Shown one piece after another: positions 58,495 to 64,000 of a stretch of DNA of 64,000 nucleotides (position 1 is its first letter; the number at the start of each line of letters is the position of its first letter). Made by a program: the position numbers and the translations under genes. Source of the stretch: Eledone cirrhosa (lineage: Eukaryota); assembly GCA_964016885.1 (NCBI GenBank), contig OZ024744.1, positions 40,858,001-40,922,000 of the forward strand, in the 5' to 3' direction. The notes under the pieces are model-generated. The model did not search any database and had not been told where the DNA came from. It was given only the letters and a program-made list of their open reading frames with translations.

Positions 58495-58615
58495 AATAAA
58501 TTTTATTTGTCGCAACACTTGCTCTCTGTTTCTTATGTGAAATTATACTCTGCTCTGTGAGAGCACAGTTTGCTCAAACGGCCTTTCGCTTACGGACGCT
58601 TTAAGCATCCCACAA

Positions 58616-58695
<80 letters not shown>

Positions 58696-59284
58696 TATCC
58701 ACGGTAAGTAAGTTGTGGGGTCCAGTCTGCATGAAGAACTCAATGTAATCCATATGTTGAAAATGTTGTAGATTAAAATAAATCCCGGAAAACAATAAAA
58801 CATTAAAAGGAAAACAGAGTCATAATATAAGTTAAAACAATGAAATAAAAAATCAAGTCATTAGAAATATACTTCACTGCTTTAAGATCGTTTCTAGGTG
58901 ATGATAATACATCGTAACTATTCTTCGTTATCGATCTATGTAAGGTTAGTTTCAAAATATCAGATAAGGAAAATATTTACTTACATGCATATCACCAGCT
59001 GTTGTCAAAAGCAATAATAATGTTATTCAAAATTAGTAGTAAATTAGTAGTAAGTTTAGTTCTATGACCTTATTTGGAGGTAGCTGAGGAACAAACCAAT
59101 CAGATTGTTTTCTTTCCATATGATGTTAAGATGAAAAATAATTAACTTTAGTTGAGGTCATGACCCTTTGAAAGCAATAGTTGAATAGTGTTAATAATAG
59201 AATTGCTATAAAAAATCTATTAGGAAGAAGGGGATTGTCAAATTGATAGTTGAATGTATATGGTATAGTGAAGTATGTGGTATA

Positions 59285-60935
59285 TGGAACCGGGACTGCG
59301 GAAAGCGGCGTCGGCCTACGCCGACAACGTGACAGTAATGGTGTCGAGCGCCTCGCAAATCGAGGAAGTCGGCACCTTACTAAAGGAATACGAAAGTCTC
59401 ACAGGAGCGAAGCTGAACCGGGACAAGTCCATCGGTTTGCAACTCGGATCGTGGAGAGGCAGACCGATGCCTTCCGATGGCGTCGTCGGACGCTGGACGG
59501 AAGGACCGGTAAAGCTGCTCGGGGTCTGGTTTGGTCCGGACCTCCAGGTGGAGAAGAACTGGAACGAAGTGACGGCCAAGGTGTTTGCACTCACCCAGAA
59601 GTGGGCCGAGTGCAAACTATCCTTGAAAGGTCGAGCGGAGGTGGCGAACACTTTTATAGCGTCCGCCATCTACTACCGCTTGACCGTCGTGCCTTGTCCA
59701 GCCAAAACGCTCGCCAAAATGGAGCGCGCCCTCTTCCGATTCCTTTGGGAGAGGCGGGCTCCTTTGGTAAGAAGATCCATCTGCTGCCAACACCCTTCTA
59801 ACGGAGGGCTGGGGATGCCGCGGTTGACGATGCGCAAACACGCGCTCAGGCTGCGGCATCTCTACGTATTCCTCACCGGACAACCGGTGTGGGCCCCGTT
59901 CGTGAGGCGAGCCTTCCCACGACTCGTCTCGCTGACCGAGCTGCAGTCCTGGGTCAAGCAGAGACCGAGGAAAATGGGCGATTGGCACATCGAATGTGCT
60001 CAGGCGCTCACAGCCCTCTGGCAGGCGGACCCGGCGATCAGTGGAGACTCCACTTCGTCATTCTATAGAGGGTTGGTCCGCAGCAAGTGCGACGACGCGC
60101 TCGGTGAAACTCTAGGCGTGGAGGAAGATGAACTGGCCAGTCTGTTCGGTAGGACCTTCCGCCCGGGACCGATGGAAAACTTCCAAAAGTCCCTGGCCTG
60201 GCAGTGCTACCGAGGAGCTCTACCAGTTCGAGACAAGCTCTACAGACATGGGCGCCCCGGCAGGGACCCTGCAAAAAAGATCTGTCCGAGGTGCGAGACG
60301 AAGAAACCGTCGCGCACTCATTCATACACTGCCCGGGCGTCACTGACCTGTGGGGCTATGTAGAACGACTATTGTCGCGGGTGGGACCAATCCAGTTGAC
60401 CACCGAGTCCATTGTCATGATCAAACCGCCACCCTCCTTCAAAAACGAAGGAGGGGCGGTTTTCCTTTGTGTGATAGCTATGGCGAAAGAGGTTGTATGG
60501 TGGACAAGGTTGAAAGGGCTGAGGTCAGACACCTTTCTCTCCGGCCAACAACTGATTCTTTTTTTCAAATACCACTTTGGAAGAAGAATCAGGATGGAGA
60601 GAGAGGTGCTGTACCCCAGCAAGTTTTATGAAAGGTGGGTGAAAGTGGCGAGAATGGCCCGAGTGAATGGGCCTTCTCTCTATATCAGCCTGTAGGTTGA
60701 GGAAAAGGAGGAGGAGAGGAAAGGAGTACAAGCTCTTCGTACTCCTGGAGATGAGGGTTGCACATATTTTTTCGGGGGTATGTGTTACCCATATAAACTG
60801 TCTCCCTCTATTGGGGAAAATCGACTAACTTTTAAATTCCATCTGTGATAACATTTTACACGTTTTTATTGTATGTAAACTTCCCCCTTTGTATTTGTCC
60901 CCTTCTTTTGTGCCCCTGTGGCTAATAAAGAAATA
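59285..60935 (+). mobile_element. 5'-truncated Tx1/L1-clade LINE (paralog of 21727-23747)
   Basis: SAYADNV, LLGVWFGP, NGGLG, CPRC..ETVAH...HC; AATAAA followed by (TATC)n. Confidence 0.9.
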
Positions 60936-60954
60936 TATCTATCTATCTATCTAT

Positions 60955-60955
<1 letters not shown>

Positions 60956-61037
<82 letters not shown>
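60956..61037. repeat. (AAC)n microsatellite
   Basis: Seen directly. Confidence 0.95.
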
Positions 61038-61038
<1 letters not shown>

Positions 61039-61039
61039 C

Positions 61040-64000
61040 GCAAACACAACCAAAACAAGAACAACAAACCAACCTGCAAGCACAGTCCCACCCAGCCCCA
61101 CTCCACCTAAAACCACCGCAAAAACACCCACAAACACAACAGCTCCCCAAAACATACCCCTTCTACATAAAACAGACACCACAACGGACGAGGCCCCCAC
61201 ATCATCACCAAGTGATGATGAGGGAGAGCCTCTCCATTCGAAAAGAAAGAAGAGAAGACACCACAAGAACAAAAGAACAACAAACATCACTACAAACATA
61301 CAACCACCAACACAAACAACACAAACATTACAAACAAAAACCCCCCGTACCGAAAACAAAACCACGACATCACTCCAAACACAAACACCTACAACAAAAC
61401 GAAAGCTGCCACAAGAACAACAGACAAAAACCAGCGCAACACAACAAGAACATTACACATACATAAACAGTAAAAACAAAACTTTAATGGAGGTCATCTC
61501 TAACGACCCTTCGGTGAAACCGAAGGGAACACTTTTTCGAACTGTGTAGACAAACCTAATTTAAAGATGATTAGGGTCCCTACGGACACCTATAAGTCGT
61601 TAAAGGAAAACTTTCCTAAGGACGTGGGTAATCCTTGTGTTAAACCCATTAACCGCGTTCTTTTAAAAAGTTTCCCCACCCTCCCCCAGACACCCACACC
61701 CCACCAAACATCTCCGTCCCCGCCCCGCCGGAAACCACCACCTACCCAGACAACTCCTCTAACACCCCCATGGAAACCGTGCGGCCTGATCTCCGGGAGA
61801 CGAGAAGGTGAGTGTTTTCTTTTCCTCTTTTAACTTTTCAGAACCAACATGGCCAATATAAGAGTTGGGTGTGTGAATGTACGCGGCCTGGGGATGCCCT
61901 GGAAACAGGGTAAACTCTTAAACGACCTCAGGCCGCACAGTATGGATGTAGTAGCCATTTGCGTGTCCAGGATCCACAGCGAGCGACAGCTGGCCCCCAT
62001 CTTTTAGTGGGGGACTGGATTGGAATCCTAGATGCACGTTGGGACTATGTGGGAGCATGTCCCGATAAAGGGAGGTATAACTAATCGGCCGATTTGACCT
62101 GGCCGATAGATATCGACTAGATTTTCCGACTGTGCCACTGTGGACGTGGATTAATCTTAGCGGAACATCTAGATCGTACCTAGATAGGGCTCTAGTTAGA
62201 AATAAGGATAGGGACATGTTAAGCTGTCCACAAATGTTCATGGTTGCTTATTCAGATCACAAACTAGTGACCTCCATGGTCAACCTTGATAGAACCCATA
62301 GACAAGGACCCGGCTACTGGAAGCTGAACTTGTCGTTACCGACATGCAAAGCCTACAGTAGACGGATTAGCACTTTAGTTAAACAACACTTGACAGGGGG
62401 GCCATTGTCAACAACAGATGGTGGTACTATCTCAAGAGGGCAGTTAGATTAGACTCGTTAGTTTTTAGTAAAGAATTAGCTTTAGATAGAAATAGAACCG
62501 AGAAAGAACTGGTAGATAAAGTAGAAGAGGCAATTAGAAGTGGCAACGTAGCCCGCGTGCTAGCAACGAGAACGGCCTTGGACCAGTTCTTCGACGCAAA
62601 GCATGAGGGCTGCGTTGTCAAAAGCAAAATACGTGCTCTGGGAAACGAAGGAGCCAAAGCTGTTAGCTGGGCCCGAGTGACGGAGGGAAAAAGTGGCAAC
62701 AAGTCCACGATCCGGTCTTTGAAGGACCAAAACGGACGCGTGATACGTGAGCCGAAGCAGATGTGTGCGGCCTTTCAGCGGCACTTTGCTCAATGTTCAG
62801 GCAGGGCGCCGCGCCGTGGGGGGGGGGGGGGGGGGCGGGGGTTATGGATTTCGGTCCATACCTCGACGGCCAACCGCGACTCTCGGACAGCGAGGCAACG
62901 TTCTGCGAAAAGCCGATTTCAGCCGCTGAGATAGGGGACGTGTTGAGCCAATGCAGCAAACGCAAATCTCCAGGTCTCGACGGTCTACCTTACGAATTTT
63001 ACGTAGCAATGCTGGATTTATTCTCCGGTCTCCTGGAAGCGGTCTACTGCAACTGGCAACAGAACGGGAGAATTCCCAGTTCTGTGACCGGGGGCGTAGT
63101 CATATTAGCCAGGAAGGACGAGAATAAGGGGGATGACATAGGCAACTTCCGGCCCATAACTCTGCTAAACACAGAGTTACAGATTTTGGCCAAGGTGTTG
63201 GCAAAGAGGCTGGCGCTTGTCGTCGAGAACCTGGTGAGAGAAGCGCAGACATGCGCAATCCCGACCAGGTTCATACACAACAATCTCCACCTCATGCGAT
63301 ACATCATACAGAGGATAGGGTGTAAACCCGGCTTCGGTGGGGCCCTGATCAACTTGGATCAGTCTAAGGCTTTCGATAGGGTTACCCATCATTACCTGGA
63401 TGCGGTGCTCGAGGCGGCAGGCTTCAGACCCGTGTTCAGGGGCTGGATTGCTGCAATGCATAACAGCAACATCTGCTCAAGGGTTAAGGTGAACGGGTAC
63501 CTCTCGGAGCCGTTCCATATCACGCGATCCATTCGACAGGGATGCCCTCTCTCCTCCCTTCTGTACGTATTGACTCTCGAGCCACTACTGCGGAAGTTGG
63601 GGCTATTGCAGGGCATCTCTCTGGAACCGGGACCTCGGAAAGCGGCGTCGGCCTACGCCGACGACGTGACATTAATGGTGTCGAGCGCCTCGCAAATCGA
63701 GGAAGTCGGCACCTTACTGAAGGAATACGAAAGGTTCACAGGAGCGAAGCTAAACCGGGACAAGTCCATCGGTTTGCAACTCGGATCGTGGAGAGGCAGA
63801 CGGATGCCTTCAGATGGCGTCGTCGGACGCTGGACGGAAGGTCCAGTAAACCTGCTCGAGTCTGGTTTGGTCCGGACCTCCAGGTGGAGAAGAACTGGAA
63901 CGAGGTGTCGGCCAAGGTGTTTGCACTCACCCAGAAGTGAGCCGAGTGCAAACTATCCTTGAAAGGTCGAGCGGAGGTGGCGAACACTTTTATAGCGTCT
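61040..64000 (+). mobile_element. Tx1/L1-clade LINE: probable ORF1 remnant plus disrupted ORF2 (ATG 61849) running off the window
   Basis: MANIRVGCVNVRGLG, SYLDR, SDHK, YWKLN, KSPGLDGLP, FRPITLLN, KAFDRV, QGCPLS, YADD. Confidence 0.9.

Overview
AT-rich, microsatellite-dense animal DNA, most likely an octopod cephalopod (inferred from the SINE and RTE sequences, not checked). I see no intact host gene and no CRISPR array. The window is a nested graveyard of retroelements. It holds about 8 Penelope-like (RT + GIY-YIG) copies from several lineages, RTE, CR1-like, Tx1/L1-like, R4/Dong-like and CRE-like LINEs, tRNA-derived SINEs, a solo LTR and a probable Helitron end. All long ORFs are broken. 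The main signal is non-coding: about 20 type I hammerhead ribozyme (HHR) motifs from roughly 9 sequence families, read by eye on both strands. They include a recurrent U3-A8 covariant core (UUGANAA), one HHR with a 62-nt stem II, and HHR-bearing non-coding modules built largely of microsatellite (retrozyme-like). There are also several fold-back palindromes tied to Penelope termini, and different retroelement clades appear to occupy different microsatellite targets. Element boundaries are approximate, and no folding or database search was run.
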